A stretch of DNA of 61,590 nucleotides, counting the filler, from Actinobacteria bacterium UBA7524 (GTDB lineage Bacteria; Actinomycetota; Coriobacteriia; Anaerosomatales; UBA912): assembly GCA_002478275.1 (NCBI GenBank). It is 6 parts of 6 records of this genome, joined end to end, with 100 filler letters (N's around TTAATTAATTAA, not from the genome) between each part and the next. Parts side by side here need not be neighbours in the genome. Positions count along the whole stretch, not along the records: positions 12,681 to 38,925 come from DLMY01000051.1; 5 more parts are not named here. One strand, given 5' to 3'. Numbering within the stretch: the stretch's first letter is position 1; each line of letters begins with the position of its first letter. The position numbers and the translations under genes are program-made. Of this stretch, positions 20,934 through 32,023 are shown piece after piece. The notes under the pieces are model-generated. The model made no database searches, was not told where the DNA came from, and saw nothing but the letters and a program-made list of their open reading frames with translations.

Positions 20934-21227
20934 CTAGTCGACGACGACGGCGATGATGTCGCGCTCGGCATCGAGAATCTTGTACTCCACGTTGTCGATC
21001 TTGACTTCGCTACCACCATACTTGCCGAAGATGACCGTATCGCCGACCTTGACGTCGATGGCGATGCGGGTCCCATCGTCCTTGAGCTTGCCGTCGCCTA
21101 CGGCAACGACCTCTCCGCGCTGCGGCTTCTCCTTGGCGGTATCGGGGATGAACAGGCCAGATGCGGTCTGCTCCTCGGCCTCCGCCGGCTTGACGATCAC
21201 GCGATCGCCCAAAGGCTTCAAGTTCAT
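20934..21227 (-). CDS. groS: Co-chaperonin GroES
   Basis: [12 protein letters not shown]...[18 protein letters not shown] with AGGAGG RBS. Confidence 0.98.
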   Translation of the reverse strand: MNLKPLGDRVIVKPAEAEEQTASGLFIPDTAKEKPQRGEVVAVGDGKLKDDGTRIAIDVKVGDTVIFGKYGGSEVKIDNVEYKILDAERDIIAVVVD

Positions 21228-21339
21228 GTGCTGCCCTCCTGCTGTCTCGTCCGTCTTCATCGACCATGCACGACGCATAGCTGCGATCCTGCTAGCTGCG
21301 AAGGATACATACCCCTTTCGCAACCGAAAGCCACATCTG

Positions 21340-21366
21340 CTAGCACTCCCTACCTTTGAGTGCCAG
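21340..21366. promoter_or_regulatory. CIRCE element (HrcA operator)
   Basis: CTAGCACTC-N9-GAGTGCCAG against consensus TTAGCACTC-N9-GAGTGCTAA, upstream of groES. The inverted repeat extends over 21335-21371. Confidence 0.92.
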
Positions 21367-21375
21367 CAGATATGG

Positions 21376-21404
21376 ATTCTAGCGCGATGGAGTCCGACGT
21401 TCAA
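21376..21404 (-). promoter_or_regulatory. Housekeeping-sigma promoter of groESL
   Basis: TTGAAC-N17-TAGAAT immediately upstream of CIRCE. Confidence 0.8.
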
Positions 21405-21487
21405 CCCCTCTCAGCAGGTATTCTTGACATCACATTGAGTCCCCTGGACTCAGATTTCCCGCGATCAGCACCGAACCCGCACAACAA

Positions 21488-21517
21488 GAAGAGGGCCGGT
21501 TCGCACCGGCCCTCTTC
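21488..21517 (-). terminator. Rho-independent terminator
   Basis: GAAGAGGGCCGGT-4 nt loop-ACCGGCCCTCTTC perfect 13-bp stem, followed by TTGTTGT on the minus strand. Confidence 0.85.
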
Positions 21518-21543
21518 GTCAGGAGCGTGTCAGGAACTGGCGT

Positions 21544-23115
21544 CTACGGCAGGTACTCCATCCACAAGTCGCGGAAGGCCATGTACGTGGCCTCACTGAC
21601 CGCAGCAGGACCACCGAGGACGTAACAGCCCATACCCTCGTTGTAGTCACCAGTGTCAGGATAGCCGATCGCGCCGTTCTCATCGAAGTAATCGACGACC
21701 TGTGGGTGCAGACTGGCCTGACGCGTCAGAAGCACCGGAGCGCCCGTCCACCAGCTGATAGGCGCAGCCGACAGAGCGTCCGGGAAGTTCTCGCCCGACA
21801 CGAGGGTCGCCAGCGAGGGCTCCATGCCAGCGTTGTCGACACCCCAAAGAGCGACCTTCTTCGCGGTCTCGTAGCGGTTCACACCAGCCACGCGAGTGAC
21901 ATCGAACGAGGCGTCCAGCTCGGCGTATGCCGTGGCATCCACGACCGCTTCGCCGCCGACCACCACAACGTCGGTGATGCCGTTGTCATCCATCCAATCC
22001 ATGGTGACCGCCGGCACGCTGCTCTTGCGGGTCATCAGCACGACGCTCTCGTTGTAGGCGGCAACCGGAGCGACTGCCAGAGCATCGGGCCACGCCTCGC
22101 CGTTGACGACGAATGCGGTAGTGCCGACGGTCGCAAGGTCGACGGTCGCTGTTGCGATCTCAGCAGCGGTGGCGTAGCGGTTCGCGCCCGCCAGCCGCTC
22201 CACGTGCGTGATGGACCGGATTGACTCAAGCTCGCCGACGACGTCATCACTCACGGCAGCAGGTCCGCCCAGAACCAGCACAGTGATATCCATCGAGTCC
22301 CAGAATCCCGACTGAGTGACCCGTTCGATCTCCATCCAGGTCTCCCACGGCAGGTAGTCGCGGTTGGTCAGCAGGACGATGCCTCCCAACTGTGCGGCAA
22401 GAGCACCGCCAGCGAGCGCATCAGCAGGGTTACGGCCGTTGGCCACGACGATATAGTCAGGGCTGTAGCCCGTTCCCCACCATGGGTTGTCGGCGTAATC
22501 CCACATCAAACGCGATACCTCGGCTGCCGTCTCGAAGCGATTGTGTCCCGCGACACGACGGGCATCGCCCACGGTGATATGCAACCAGTACGCGAACGGC
22601 GGGTTGGAGTCGGCGTAGGGGTAGACCGCGACGTAGTACGTGCCGGGTTCGGGAGCGAGGAAGTACGATGACGCAGAACCCGAACCGTCCGGCCACCAGT
22701 CGCTGTCGTCCTGGTAGACCAGAACGGTGCCCTCAGAATCCTCGATCTCGACCCAGGAGTCCGCGAAACCGTCGATGTACTGGGTCTCCACCCAGATGGG
22801 GGTGTCGGTCTCCGTCACCGTGACAGCGACATAGTCGACTTCGTCCTCGATCTCACCGTTGGCGCCGTGGATCGTGCGGTACGACGTCCAGGTGTTGCCG
22901 TCAACCGCCGGGTTGTAGACGTACGCCGTCGCCCTTGTGTCATCGGGCTCGAACTCGTCCTCGTAGAACACTGCGGTCTGTGCATCGACGCTCTGGGCGC
23001 CGACCTTCCCGGCGTCCTTGTCCTTGGCCGCGAAACCCGTTGCCGGTGCCACGGTGGTCACCAGCAACGCGAATGCGACCACTATCGCAAGCCTTCTCCT
23101 CAGTGCACTACTCAT
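21544..23115 (-). CDS. Secreted cell-wall-binding repeat 2 protein with PPC-like N-terminal domain
   Basis: Signal peptide; DEFEPDD...DYVAV...PGTYYVAV (PPC-like); three CWB2 modules (GHNRFETA, GANRYATA...WPDALA, GVNRYETA...FPDALSA...PVLLT). Confidence 0.85.
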   Translation of the reverse strand: MSSALRRRLAIVVAFALLVTTVAPATGFAAKDKDAGKVGAQSVDAQTAVFYEDEFEPDDTRATAYVYNPAVDGNTWTSYRTIHGANGEIEDEVDYVAVTVTETDTPIWVETQYIDGFADSWVEIEDSEGTVLVYQDDSDWWPDGSGSASSYFLAPEPGTYYVAVYPYADSNPPFAYWLHITVGDARRVAGHNRFETAAEVSRLMWDYADNPWWGTGYSPDYIVVANGRNPADALAGGALAAQLGGIVLLTNRDYLPWETWMEIERVTQSGFWDSMDITVLVLGGPAAVSDDVVGELESIRSITHVERLAGANRYATAAEIATATVDLATVGTTAFVVNGEAWPDALAVAPVAAYNESVVLMTRKSSVPAVTMDWMDDNGITDVVVVGGEAVVDATAYAELDASFDVTRVAGVNRYETAKKVALWGVDNAGMEPSLATLVSGENFPDALSAAPISWWTGAPVLLTRQASLHPQVVDYFDENGAIGYPDTGDYNEGMGCYVLGGPAAVSEATYMAFRDLWMEYLP

Positions 23116-23232
23116 CAGCATCACTCCCCAACCTCTTGCCGGTCGATCACGAGACACTCTGACCCTGTCCGTGTCGACACTCAACGGATACGGGTGTAGA
23201 TGTACCCTTAATAGGCGCGCCTGGAACACGGG

Positions 23233-24786
23233 TCAAGCAGAATCCAGCCGCAGTCCCGGAGCCGCGTCATCCGCACGGGACATCCTCTCTCCCCGTGCAT
23301 AGCGAAACAACCCCGCAGTGGCGACCATAGCAGCATTATCCGTACACATATGCAACGCCGGTACAGCGACCTCGATCCCGCGTGATCGCATGGCATCGGT
23401 CAGCCCTTGACGAAGTGCTGTGTTCGCCGCCACGCCGCCGGCGATGACGAACGATGAGACGCGATACTCCTCGGCGGCGCGTACGGCTTTTGCGACCTGC
23501 ACGTCGATCACGGCCGCCTGGAACGACGCTGCCAGGTCGGGAAGATGCAGTTCGCGCCCTGCCTCACGCTCGTGCGAGACATGGTTGATGACGGCTGTCT
23601 TGAGCCCTGAAAGCGAGAACGAGTAGTCTCCCGAGTGCAGCATTGCGCGCGGGAACTCGATCGCGGCCGGGTCGCCTTGCTCTGCTAGACGGGAGATGAT
23701 CGGCCCGCCGGGATAGCCGAGTCCCAAAGCCTTGGCCACTTTGTCGAAAGCCTCGCCGGCGGCGTCATCAAGCGTCTCGCCCAAGACGCGGTACTCGCCC
23801 CATTCGGGCACATAGACGAGCGACGTGTGCCCACCACTCACGACAAGAGCGATCAGTGGTGGCGCCAGGTTCGGGTCCTCAAGCAGGGCGGCGAAGATGT
23901 GGGCTTCGAGGTGGTTGATTCCGATCAGGGGTATTCCGGTGGCAAGCGAAAGTCCCTTCGCATACGCCAACCCCACGACGAGAGCGCCAACAAGCCCCGG
24001 CCCGCGGGTCACGGCGATAGCATCGACGTCGTCGAACCCGAAAGGTCGGCCTAGAGTGCCTGCCGCCTGGGTGAGGGCCTCGGACACGACCGCGACTATC
24101 GCCTCCGTGTGCTTCCGTGACGCGATCTCAGGCACGACCCCTCCGAACCGAGCGTGAAAGTCCACCTGTGTGGCGACGACATTCGCGATCACCTCGTTGT
24201 GAGCACCCACGACAGCTGCAGCGGTCTCGTCACACGATGTCTCGATACCGAGCACGTACGGATGACCATCATCATCCGAGGCATAGGAGTACCGGCGCGC
24301 TCGTGCCCTGAGGATATCGAGCCGGGCGTTCATCCCCGGGCTGTCCAGATCGTCGCTCCACATGACCACGGCACTCTCGCCGGTCTCGACGTAGTAGCCT
24401 GGTCGTTCCCCGACTGCGTGCATGCCGGCCGACTCGTACAGCGATATCGCGGCGTCATTGTTCTCTCGGACCTCCAGCGTGACTCCGTGCGCACCTCGAT
24501 CCCTGAGAGCGTCGATGAGTCCGGAGAGCAGAACGGTCGCGACGCCCTGACGGCGCGCTCCAGCAGCAACGGCAAGGTTCATCACGTGCGCCTCTCCGAG
24601 CTGCATCATGGCTCCGGCGTAACCCACGACCTCCCCATCGCGCTCGGCGACGAACCACATACGATCGGGCAGCCCCAGCTCTGCGGCGAACATCCCCTCA
24701 GACCACGGTCGCGGGAAGCTCGCCTCCTCGATGGCGAGGACTGATCGCAGGTCCTCGGGGCGCAGAGGTCTCAACCTGACCCTCAT
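23233..24786 (-). CDS. tsaD: Fused RimI acetyltransferase and t6A threonylcarbamoyltransferase TsaD
   Basis: N-terminal GNAT (IEEASFPRPWS, TLEVRENN, RPGYY), then VLGIETSCDET, GGVVPEIASRKH, HLEAH, SGGHT, DDAAGEAFDK, CTDNAAM. Confidence 0.96.
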   Translation of the reverse strand: MRVRLRPLRPEDLRSVLAIEEASFPRPWSEGMFAAELGLPDRMWFVAERDGEVVGYAGAMMQLGEAHVMNLAVAAGARRQGVATVLLSGLIDALRDRGAHGVTLEVRENNDAAISLYESAGMHAVGERPGYYVETGESAVVMWSDDLDSPGMNARLDILRARARRYSYASDDDGHPYVLGIETSCDETAAAVVGAHNEVIANVVATQVDFHARFGGVVPEIASRKHTEAIVAVVSEALTQAAGTLGRPFGFDDVDAIAVTRGPGLVGALVVGLAYAKGLSLATGIPLIGINHLEAHIFAALLEDPNLAPPLIALVVSGGHTSLVYVPEWGEYRVLGETLDDAAGEAFDKVAKALGLGYPGGPIISRLAEQGDPAAIEFPRAMLHSGDYSFSLSGLKTAVINHVSHEREAGRELHLPDLAASFQAAVIDVQVAKAVRAAEEYRVSSFVIAGGVAANTALRQGLTDAMRSRGIEVAVPALHMCTDNAAMVATAGLFRYARGERMSRADDAAPGLRLDSA

Positions 24787-25541
24787 CAGCGCTCACCGGG
24801 TCCCTGACGCGTACGGGCTCGCTCGTTCTCCTCGGCATCGGAGAGTCGTGTGTAGACGGGCAGGACGGTGGCCGGATCGCCATCGCCGAGGGCGCCGTCG
24901 AGCAATGCCGAGTGGAAGGCGGCCAGCAGACCTGATCCTGAAGCGGACCACTGGGCGGGATCGGCAACCGTCGTGCTTGCCGGGAGAACGGTCGCGAACA
25001 GGTCATGATACTTCGTCAGCCCGTTGCCTGTGAGGACAAGGGAGTTCTCGAGCGATGCCCACTCCCCGGCCACGGCATCGGGAGTGGCGACCCGGTCAGA
25101 GGTCAGGCGCTTCACTCCGTCGGGGGTGACTTCGAACAGGGCTGGGTAGACTTCCCCGCGCATCGCATCACCGAGCACCCCGATGAGTGTTCCGGGTCGC
25201 AACGAACCTGCGAGCCTCCATGCGACTGCATCGAGTGTGCTGACCGCATAGAGGGGGACCTCAAGGCCGTGAGCAAGTCCCTTGGCCGCCGACACCGCGA
25301 TCCTCACGCCGGTGAATGAACCAGGGCCATGACCGACGACCACCTCCGAGACGTCCGACGGTCGGACTGCGTGATCGATCAGGAGATCCTCAACGGACGG
25401 GAGCAGTCGGGCGAGTGCGGCCCGGGGCGCCTCGGCATCCCTCGTCCCGATCACCTCGAGCGCTTCTCCGGTCCTGAGGGCAAGGCCGATCGCGATATGC
25501 TCAGTGGCGGTATCGAAGGCAAGGGTCAACGTTCCGGTCAC
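24786..25541 (-). CDS. tsaB: t6A biosynthesis protein TsaB
   Basis: LAFDTAT, GPGSFTGVRI, DAMRGEVY, PVYTR. Confidence 0.93.
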   Translation of the reverse strand: MTGTLTLAFDTATEHIAIGLALRTGEALEVIGTRDAEAPRAALARLLPSVEDLLIDHAVRPSDVSEVVVGHGPGSFTGVRIAVSAAKGLAHGLEVPLYAVSTLDAVAWRLAGSLRPGTLIGVLGDAMRGEVYPALFEVTPDGVKRLTSDRVATPDAVAGEWASLENSLVLTGNGLTKYHDLFATVLPASTTVADPAQWSASGSGLLAAFHSALLDGALGDGDPATVLPVYTRLSDAEENERARTRQGPGER

Positions 25542-26041
25542 AAGAACACCACCCCTGGCAGTCCGACGCACGCGTCGGCCCAGGAAGCCGCAAGCTGCAT
25601 TCCCCTGTCCCCGACGCCCGCGATAGAGAACTCCCTGCTCTCGTCACCGGTGATGGTGATGCGGAGCTTCACGTGGTCACCGACTGCCGCCTCCGGAAAG
25701 CGATCGCCCCACTCCACCAGGGTCACACCGCCGGCCTCTATCGTTTCGAAGTAGTCGATGTCCTCCAGCTGCGACGAGTCTTCCAGCCTGTAGAGATCGA
25801 CATGGTACAGGTCGAGTCGGCCGTGATGTACCAGGAGTATGTTGAACGTGGGGCTGGTCACCGGCTCCGCGACACCGAGCCCCTCGGCCACTCCCTTCAC
25901 CAACGCCGTCTTGCCTGCCCCCAGGTCGCCGGCGAGTAATACGAGATCGTCAGCTGCCAGCAGCGGCGCCAGAGAGCGGCCGACCGCTTGTGTGGCAGAG
26001 GGGGACGAAGTGGTGAACCGGGGAGTCGACATGAGGCTCAC
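25538..26041 (-). CDS. tsaE: t6A biosynthesis ATPase TsaE
   Basis: GDLGAGKT, VTSPTF, HVDLYRL, VEW. Confidence 0.95.
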   Translation of the reverse strand: MSLMSTPRFTTSSPSATQAVGRSLAPLLAADDLVLLAGDLGAGKTALVKGVAEGLGVAEPVTSPTFNILLVHHGRLDLYHVDLYRLEDSSQLEDIDYFETIEAGGVTLVEWGDRFPEAAVGDHVKLRITITGDESREFSIAGVGDRGMQLAASWADACVGLPGVVFL

Positions 26042-26667
26042 TCCTCGAACAAGCTCGGCTGGCAGGGAGGCGGGTCGACATCGGTCCCGCTTGTTCGCTG
26101 ACCGGGGACAGACCCGATGATCTCCCCGAGAACCCGAAAATCGGCGAGAAGCACGTCTCGCTTGGTCACATCATAGAGTGCCGCGGCAGGGTGGAATATG
26201 GGGAACACCTTCAGGTCGGCCTGCTGTTGCGCCCGACCGCGAACGCTGGTGATGCCGTCGGTGGTCCCCAGGATGTACCGTGTCGCGAAGTTGCCCATAG
26301 TGACCACCACCTCGGGAGCTACCAGCTTGATCTGTTCCCTCAGGAACGGTGCGCACGTCTCGATCTCCTGGGCACTTGGATTGCGATTCCCGGGCGGTCT
26401 ACATTTCAGGATGTTGGCTATGTAGACGTCTGAACGCTCGACACCGATCGATGCGAGCAGCTCGTCGAGCAGACGGCCCGCCGCGCCCACGAACGGCTCA
26501 CCACGCAGGTCCTCGTTGCGTCCTGGCGCTTCACCCACGAACATCAGGCGGGCACCCGGGTCGCCCACGCCGAACACAAGCGTCGTGCGCGTCGAGGCGA
26601 GGGCGCACCGCTGGCAGTCACCCATGCGGTCCTCGAGGCCCCTCAGGCTGTCGAACTCACCGAGCAC
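26038..26667 (-). CDS. Uracil-DNA glycosylase family 4
   Basis: [31 protein letters not shown]. Confidence 0.95.
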   Translation of the reverse strand: MLGEFDSLRGLEDRMGDCQRCALASTRTTLVFGVGDPGARLMFVGEAPGRNEDLRGEPFVGAAGRLLDELLASIGVERSDVYIANILKCRPPGNRNPSAQEIETCAPFLREQIKLVAPEVVVTMGNFATRYILGTTDGITSVRGRAQQQADLKVFPIFHPAAALYDVTKRDVLLADFRVLGEIIGSVPGQRTSGTDVDPPPCQPSLFEE

Positions 26668-26669
26668 GT

Positions 26670-27185
26670 CTAGAGCCAGGTCGTGAGCTCGTCGATCGAC
26701 CTTCGGCTGGGACGCGCGGAAGATTCGGCCGAATACCCGATCGGAAGGATGGCTACCGGGGTCACCGGCGCGACCAGACCGAGCGCTTCGCGTACCGCCG
26801 CCTCATCGAACGCCCCTATCCAGCACGATGAGAGTCCGCGGTCGACCGCGGCCAGCAGGATGTTCTCAGTCGCTGCGGCTGTGTCCTGGATCGCGTACAG
26901 CATCTCTCCCCGCCCCCCATAACGAGCACCACAAGGACGAGGATCCACCGACACGACTATGACCACCGGGGCCGATGTAGCCCATCGCTGCTGGAGTGCA
27001 TCTGCGAGTCGCTGTCGAGACTCGGGGCTCTTGAGCACAGTGAACCGCCAGGGCTGAATGTTCCCAGCCGAGGGAGCACTGATAGCTGCGAGAAGGAGCG
27101 CGCGAACGTCCTCTTCCGTGACCGCGAGTCGCGTGTTGTAATGGCGCACGCTGCGCCGTTTCGCAAGTGCTTCGGAGAACTCCAT
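26670..27185 (-). CDS. Nitroreductase family protein
   Basis: [26 protein letters not shown]...[11 protein letters not shown]. Confidence 0.92.
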   Translation of the reverse strand: MEFSEALAKRRSVRHYNTRLAVTEEDVRALLLAAISAPSAGNIQPWRFTVLKSPESRQRLADALQQRWATSAPVVIVVSVDPRPCGARYGGRGEMLYAIQDTAAATENILLAAVDRGLSSCWIGAFDEAAVREALGLVAPVTPVAILPIGYSAESSARPSRRSIDELTTWL

Positions 27186-27359
27186 GGCAACCCCTGCTCT
27201 TCCGGAATAATGGCCCGCGCACATTCTAGACCAACCTGTGGTTATGCGCCCCGAGTCCTGGCCCCCTCGACACCACAGAACAGAAACGGCCTGCCGGACG
27301 GGTAACTAGAAGGATATGGGCCCAACAGGGCGAAAACTGCAGCAAGGGAGGTGTGCCCC

Positions 27360-27698
27360 ATGAGCATGAACCGTGACGTTACCGACGAAGACATCGGCAT
27401 GCGAGCGTTCCAACTCCGTAAGGCGAAGGCCGTGGAGCGGGCCGTCGAGAGACTCCGGTACGCGCTGAAGCAGGACTGGCCGTCACTCACCAGCCATGAG
27501 GTCGAGGAGCTTGAGTGGGTGCTGGGCGAGCTGTGGGCCTACGTGGCGCGAAACGAGTGGGACGACCTGCGCTTCGGTCGCGTCTCCATGGCCGATCTGC
27601 ACAAGATCCTGGGACTGGGGCGCGAACTCCGGCAACACTCACGCAATGCGGTCGAGGTGCTCAAGGAGATCGACACTCTCATCCGCAGCCGCCAGTAG
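27360..27698 (+). CDS. Hypothetical helical protein
   Basis: AGGGAGG RBS, codon usage like its neighbours, divergent from the nitroreductase gene. Confidence 0.7.
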   Translation: MSMNRDVTDEDIGMRAFQLRKAKAVERAVERLRYALKQDWPSLTSHEVEELEWVLGELWAYVARNEWDDLRFGRVSMADLHKILGLGRELRQHSRNAVEVLKEIDTLIRSRQ

Positions 27699-27842
27699 GA
27701 CGCTCCCGCGAGCGCACTGATCACCCTCAGTTTGAGAGTACACAGGGCTCAGGCACGCGCCTCTTCCGTGCCTGAGCGAACCTGTGGGGCGGTCCGCACC
27801 CCCCGGTCGACGGATCCGCCCCACATATCTGTTCGCACGCAA

Positions 27843-28493
27843 TCAGCCGGCTTGTTGTTCCGCCTTCTTGCGCTCGATCTTCTTCTTGACCTTCTTCAGT
27901 CGGAAGAGGTCTTCGCGTGCACGCTCATCCAGCGTCTGACGAATATAGGTTACCTGCTCCCTGAGCTGAGGAACGGTGACTTGCTCAAGGGCGTTCACTC
28001 GACGATTGGTCTTCTGGATCTCCTCGCCGAGCCGTTTCAGACGCGTCTCGATGTCGGCATACTCGATGATGACATCGAGAATCCGCTCATGCTTGTCTGC
28101 GGTTTCGTCGACACGGCTCGAGACGCCTGTCACCGCGTAACCACGCGTGAAGGTGGTCCTGATTGGGCTTTCACCCTTGGTCACCACCGGAACGGACACG
28201 CCCATGATCTTGGTTCCGGTCATGTCTACGACGACCTCGCCCTTCGTCGCCAGACCGGCCGACCGCAAAGCGACGGTACCGTCAACAGCCTTGGCGACCG
28301 CAAGCGAGTACTGGGCCTCCGACACCGAGCGCTGCAGCGACTCGGAGAGCCGTAGAGTCTCATCCATGACGCCCATGAACTCGATCAGCAGGGCGTCTCG
28401 CTTCTGCTTGAGCAGATCCATACCTTGCTCGGCGAGCTTGATCTGCTCTCGCCGTTCAAGGAGTTCTGATCGTGTTGGCCGTACTTCTTCCAC
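27843..28493 (-). CDS. ntpD: V/A-type ATP synthase subunit D
   Basis: PTRSEL, LLKQKRDAL, KTNRRVNALE, RLKKVK. Confidence 0.95.
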   Translation of the reverse strand: MEEVRPTRSELLERREQIKLAEQGMDLLKQKRDALLIEFMGVMDETLRLSESLQRSVSEAQYSLAVAKAVDGTVALRSAGLATKGEVVVDMTGTKIMGVSVPVVTKGESPIRTTFTRGYAVTGVSSRVDETADKHERILDVIIEYADIETRLKRLGEEIQKTNRRVNALEQVTVPQLREQVTYIRQTLDERAREDLFRLKKVKKKIERKKAEQQAG

Positions 28494-28504
28494 GCCGTCG
28501 CTCC

Positions 28505-29938
28505 CTAGAGGTCGGCTTGTTCGTCAGGATTCGGATGATACTTGGGGATGAAGTCACGGACTCTCTTGAGCTCACCCATCGGTAGCCCGCTCATCAGGTC
28601 CCAGCCGATCTGGAGTGTCTCCTCGATCGTGCGGCCTTCCTCGCCCTGCCCGACGATGCGGGACTCGAAGTCATCGGCGAAACGCAGGTAGCGCCTGTCT
28701 GTCTCGGAGAGCGCCTCCTCGCCGACGATAGCGACCAGCTTGCGAAGGTCGCGACCTTGCGCGTACGCAGCGTAGAGCTGGTTTGCCACGGCGCGATGGT
28801 CATCACGCGTCTTGCCATCACCGATACCGAGGTTCATCAGTCGCGAAAGACACGGGAGCGTGTCGATCGGAGGATAGATGCCACGGCGGTGCAGATGGCG
28901 TGAGAGCACGATCTGACCTTCCGTGATGTATCCGGTCAGGTCGGGGATGGGGTGCGTGATGTCGTCATCAGGCATCGACAGGATCGGCAACTGCGTGACC
29001 GAGCCCTGGCGGCCTTTGATGCGGCCAGCGCGCTCGTAGATCGTGGAGAGGTCGGTGTACATGTAGCCAGGGAACCCTCGACGACCCGGAACCTCTTCGC
29101 GCGCAGTGGAGACTTCACGCAACGCCTCACAATAGTTGGTCATGTCGGACAGGACGACGAGCACCTGCATGTCCTTCTCGAACGCGAGGTACTCGGCAAC
29201 CGTCAAGGCGCACTTGGGCGTCAACAGGCGCTCGACCGTCGGGTCATCCGCAAGGTTCAGGAAGAACACGACTCGTTCAAGCGCACCGGTCTGCTCGAAT
29301 TGCGACATGAAGTAGCTCGCTTCACGATGGGTGATGCCCATCGCGCCGAAGACGATGGCGAACTCCTCACCACTCTTGACCCGCGCCTGACGGATTATCT
29401 GGGCGGCAAGCTCGTTCGCCGGCAGACCCGACCCCGAGAAGATCGGCAGTTTCTGGCCCCGAACGAGCGTGTTCAAGCCATCGATCGCGCTGATGCCGGT
29501 CTCGATGAAATCCGCCGGCTTCTCGCGCGTGTACGGGTTGATCGGTGCGCCCGTGATGTCGAGACGCGCCTCCGGGATGATCGGCGAACCGCCGTCGATC
29601 GGCTTGCCGGTGCCGTTGAGTACCCTGCCGAGGAGTTCTGGCGCCACGTCGATCTTGGCGACTTCCTCGAGAAAGCGGATCTCGGTGGCATCGACATCGA
29701 TACCCTGAGTGCCCTCGAATATCTGGATGACGGCGATCTCGCCTGCGATCTCCAGAACCTGTCCTGTGCGGCGGGACTCGTCCGGCATCCGGATCGAGAC
29801 CATCTCGTTGTAGGCCACGTTATGGACGTTGTTGACGAACACGAGCGGTCCCGTGACGTACGAGATGGTACGGTAGTCCGTCGCAAGCAGTGACTGCTTC
29901 GGGGACTCGCTGGGCTTTGCAATCGTCTCTGGGGCCAC
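28505..29938 (-). CDS. ntpB: V/A-type ATP synthase subunit B
   Basis: [53 protein letters not shown]. Confidence 0.97.
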   Translation of the reverse strand: MAPETIAKPSESPKQSLLATDYRTISYVTGPLVFVNNVHNVAYNEMVSIRMPDESRRTGQVLEIAGEIAVIQIFEGTQGIDVDATEIRFLEEVAKIDVAPELLGRVLNGTGKPIDGGSPIIPEARLDITGAPINPYTREKPADFIETGISAIDGLNTLVRGQKLPIFSGSGLPANELAAQIIRQARVKSGEEFAIVFGAMGITHREASYFMSQFEQTGALERVVFFLNLADDPTVERLLTPKCALTVAEYLAFEKDMQVLVVLSDMTNYCEALREVSTAREEVPGRRGFPGYMYTDLSTIYERAGRIKGRQGSVTQLPILSMPDDDITHPIPDLTGYITEGQIVLSRHLHRRGIYPPIDTLPCLSRLMNLGIGDGKTRDDHRAVANQLYAAYAQGRDLRKLVAIVGEEALSETDRRYLRFADDFESRIVGQGEEGRTIEETLQIGWDLMSGLPMGELKRVRDFIPKYHPNPDEQADL

Positions 29939-29939
29939 G

Positions 29940-31691
29940 TCAGTACACCTCTATCCCTGCGATATCCTCGGCCAACGTTGCGGCGAACACCGGTAGATCC
30001 TCGATGGCCTCGTCGTGCGGAGTCACCTTCATGCCGGCGATCTTGTCCTTGATCGGCAGGTCGAGAACCTGCCTGAGCGACACGCCCCGGTTAAGCGCGG
30101 CTACCGCGGCATCGTAGAAGGCCAGAACGACCTTGAGCATCATGTACGCCTTCTTGGGAGGACAGTATGCGTCAACATCGTCGAACGCGAACTGCTGGAG
30201 GAAGTCCTCCCTGAGCATACGCGCGACCTCAAGGATCACCTTCTCCGATTCGGGAAGCGCATCGGGTCCGACCAGCTGTACGATCTCCTGCAGCTCGGTC
30301 TCCTTCTGGAGAATGAACATCGCCCTGTCGCGGAGCTCCTGCCAATCGTGCGCGACATTCTCCTCGAACCACCCACGCACCTGTCCGCCGTACAGCGTGT
30401 ACGACTTCGTCCAGGAGATCGCCGGGAAGTGCCGGCGATGCGCAAGCGACGTATCAAGCGCCCAGAACGCCCCGGTGACTCGGAGCGAGTTCTGCGTCAT
30501 GGGTTCCGACATGTCTCCGCCTGCCGGCGAGACGGCCCCGACCATCGTCACCGAACCAACGCGGTCGTCGGAACCGAGCGGCTTGACGCGTCCGGATCGT
30601 TCGTAAAAGGCCGCAAGCCTCGTCGCGAGGTACGCGGGGTATCCCTCTTCCCCGGGCATCTCCTCGAGACGGCCTGAGACCTCTCTGAGCGCCTCGCCCC
30701 AGCGGGACGTTGAGTCGGCCATCATCGCGACGTTGTAACCCATGTCGCGATAGAACTCCGCGAGCGTCGCACCGACGTAGATGGATGCCTCGCGAGCTGC
30801 GACCGGCATGTTCGAGGTGTTGGCCACAAGCACGGTCCGGTCCATCAGCGGCGCCCCGGTACGCGGGTCTTCGAGCTCAGGGAACTCGGTGAGGACCTCT
30901 GTCATCTCGTTACCGCGCTCGCCGCACCCGATATAGACGATGATGTCCACGTCGGCCCACTTGGCCAGGGACTGCTGGGTAACCGTCTTGCCCGTGCCGA
31001 AACCACCGGGGATGATCGCGTTACCACCGAGTGCGATCGGGAAGAACGTGTCCAGGATCCGCATGCCGGTGGTGAACGGGTGGGTGGGGTCGAGCTTGCG
31101 CACGTAGGGCCTGCCCTGGCGGACCGGCCACCACTGGCTCATCTTGATCTCGGCGCCGCCTTCGAGCGTGGCCATGACCTCGTCGACCGTGTACTCGCCT
31201 TCCGGCGCGACACTGGCCACTTTGCCCGACATGTCCGGCGGAACCATGACCTTGTGAATGATGGTCTGCCCCTCGGGTATGGTCCCGACCACGTCGCCGG
31301 GCTGAAGTTCTTGGCCAACCGCCACTCCCGGGGTGAACTGCCACTTCCTGTCCCGATCGAGAGCGCTTGCGACCGTACCTCGCTCGATGTAGTCCCCCGA
31401 CTGCTCGGCTATCACAGGCAGTGGTCTTTGAACGCCATCGTAAATGGAGGAAAGCAGACCCGGTCCGAGCTCCACCATAAGCGGACCGGCGGTCGACTCG
31501 ACCAGGTCGCCTACGGTCAAACCTGACGTATCTTCGTAGACCTGAATCGTGGCTCGGTCGCCTTCGAGGCGGATGACCTCACCCATCAGGCCCTGCTGGC
31601 CGACGCGAACGATGTCGTACATCTTCGCGCCGAGCATGTCCCGGGCGACAACGACCGGTCCGGTGATTTTATGAATCGTTCCGACTATCAT
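29940..31691 (-). CDS. ntpA: V/A-type ATP synthase subunit A (catalytic)
   Basis: [39 protein letters not shown]. Confidence 0.98.
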   Translation of the reverse strand: MIVGTIHKITGPVVVARDMLGAKMYDIVRVGQQGLMGEVIRLEGDRATIQVYEDTSGLTVGDLVESTAGPLMVELGPGLLSSIYDGVQRPLPVIAEQSGDYIERGTVASALDRDRKWQFTPGVAVGQELQPGDVVGTIPEGQTIIHKVMVPPDMSGKVASVAPEGEYTVDEVMATLEGGAEIKMSQWWPVRQGRPYVRKLDPTHPFTTGMRILDTFFPIALGGNAIIPGGFGTGKTVTQQSLAKWADVDIIVYIGCGERGNEMTEVLTEFPELEDPRTGAPLMDRTVLVANTSNMPVAAREASIYVGATLAEFYRDMGYNVAMMADSTSRWGEALREVSGRLEEMPGEEGYPAYLATRLAAFYERSGRVKPLGSDDRVGSVTMVGAVSPAGGDMSEPMTQNSLRVTGAFWALDTSLAHRRHFPAISWTKSYTLYGGQVRGWFEENVAHDWQELRDRAMFILQKETELQEIVQLVGPDALPESEKVILEVARMLREDFLQQFAFDDVDAYCPPKKAYMMLKVVLAFYDAAVAALNRGVSLRQVLDLPIKDKIAGMKVTPHDEAIEDLPVFAATLAEDIAGIEVY

Positions 31692-32023
31692 CAGCCTCGC
31701 CTCAGTGTGATATCGAACCCTATGGCTCTCCGGATGAGACGTGCGAGGTACGCCCTGTGGTCCTCGCCCATCTCCAATTGCTCCTTGATCGGCAACGAGA
31801 TGACAATCGGGCGGTAGATCGAGTCGATCTTGCGTTGAGTCCTCTCGTCGATCACCGCCATCATCTTCTCGTTCACCGCGATGATGCCCGTGGCGTCATC
31901 GTCCAGCAGCGCGCTCAGGCGCGCCCTCGCCATCTCCGAGGAATCCGCGGTCTCCACGTCGACCCCTGCGAGCCTGAAACCGTCTGCGGTCTCACTATCC
32001 GTGAGTACGACAAGCCTATACAA
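31691..32023 (-). CDS. V/A-type ATP synthase subunit F
   Basis: [13 protein letters not shown]...IRRAIGFDI and operon position. Confidence 0.93.
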   Translation of the reverse strand: MYRLVVLTDSETADGFRLAGVDVETADSSEMARARLSALLDDDATGIIAVNEKMMAVIDERTQRKIDSIYRPIVISLPIKEQLEMGEDHRAYLARLIRRAIGFDITLRRG

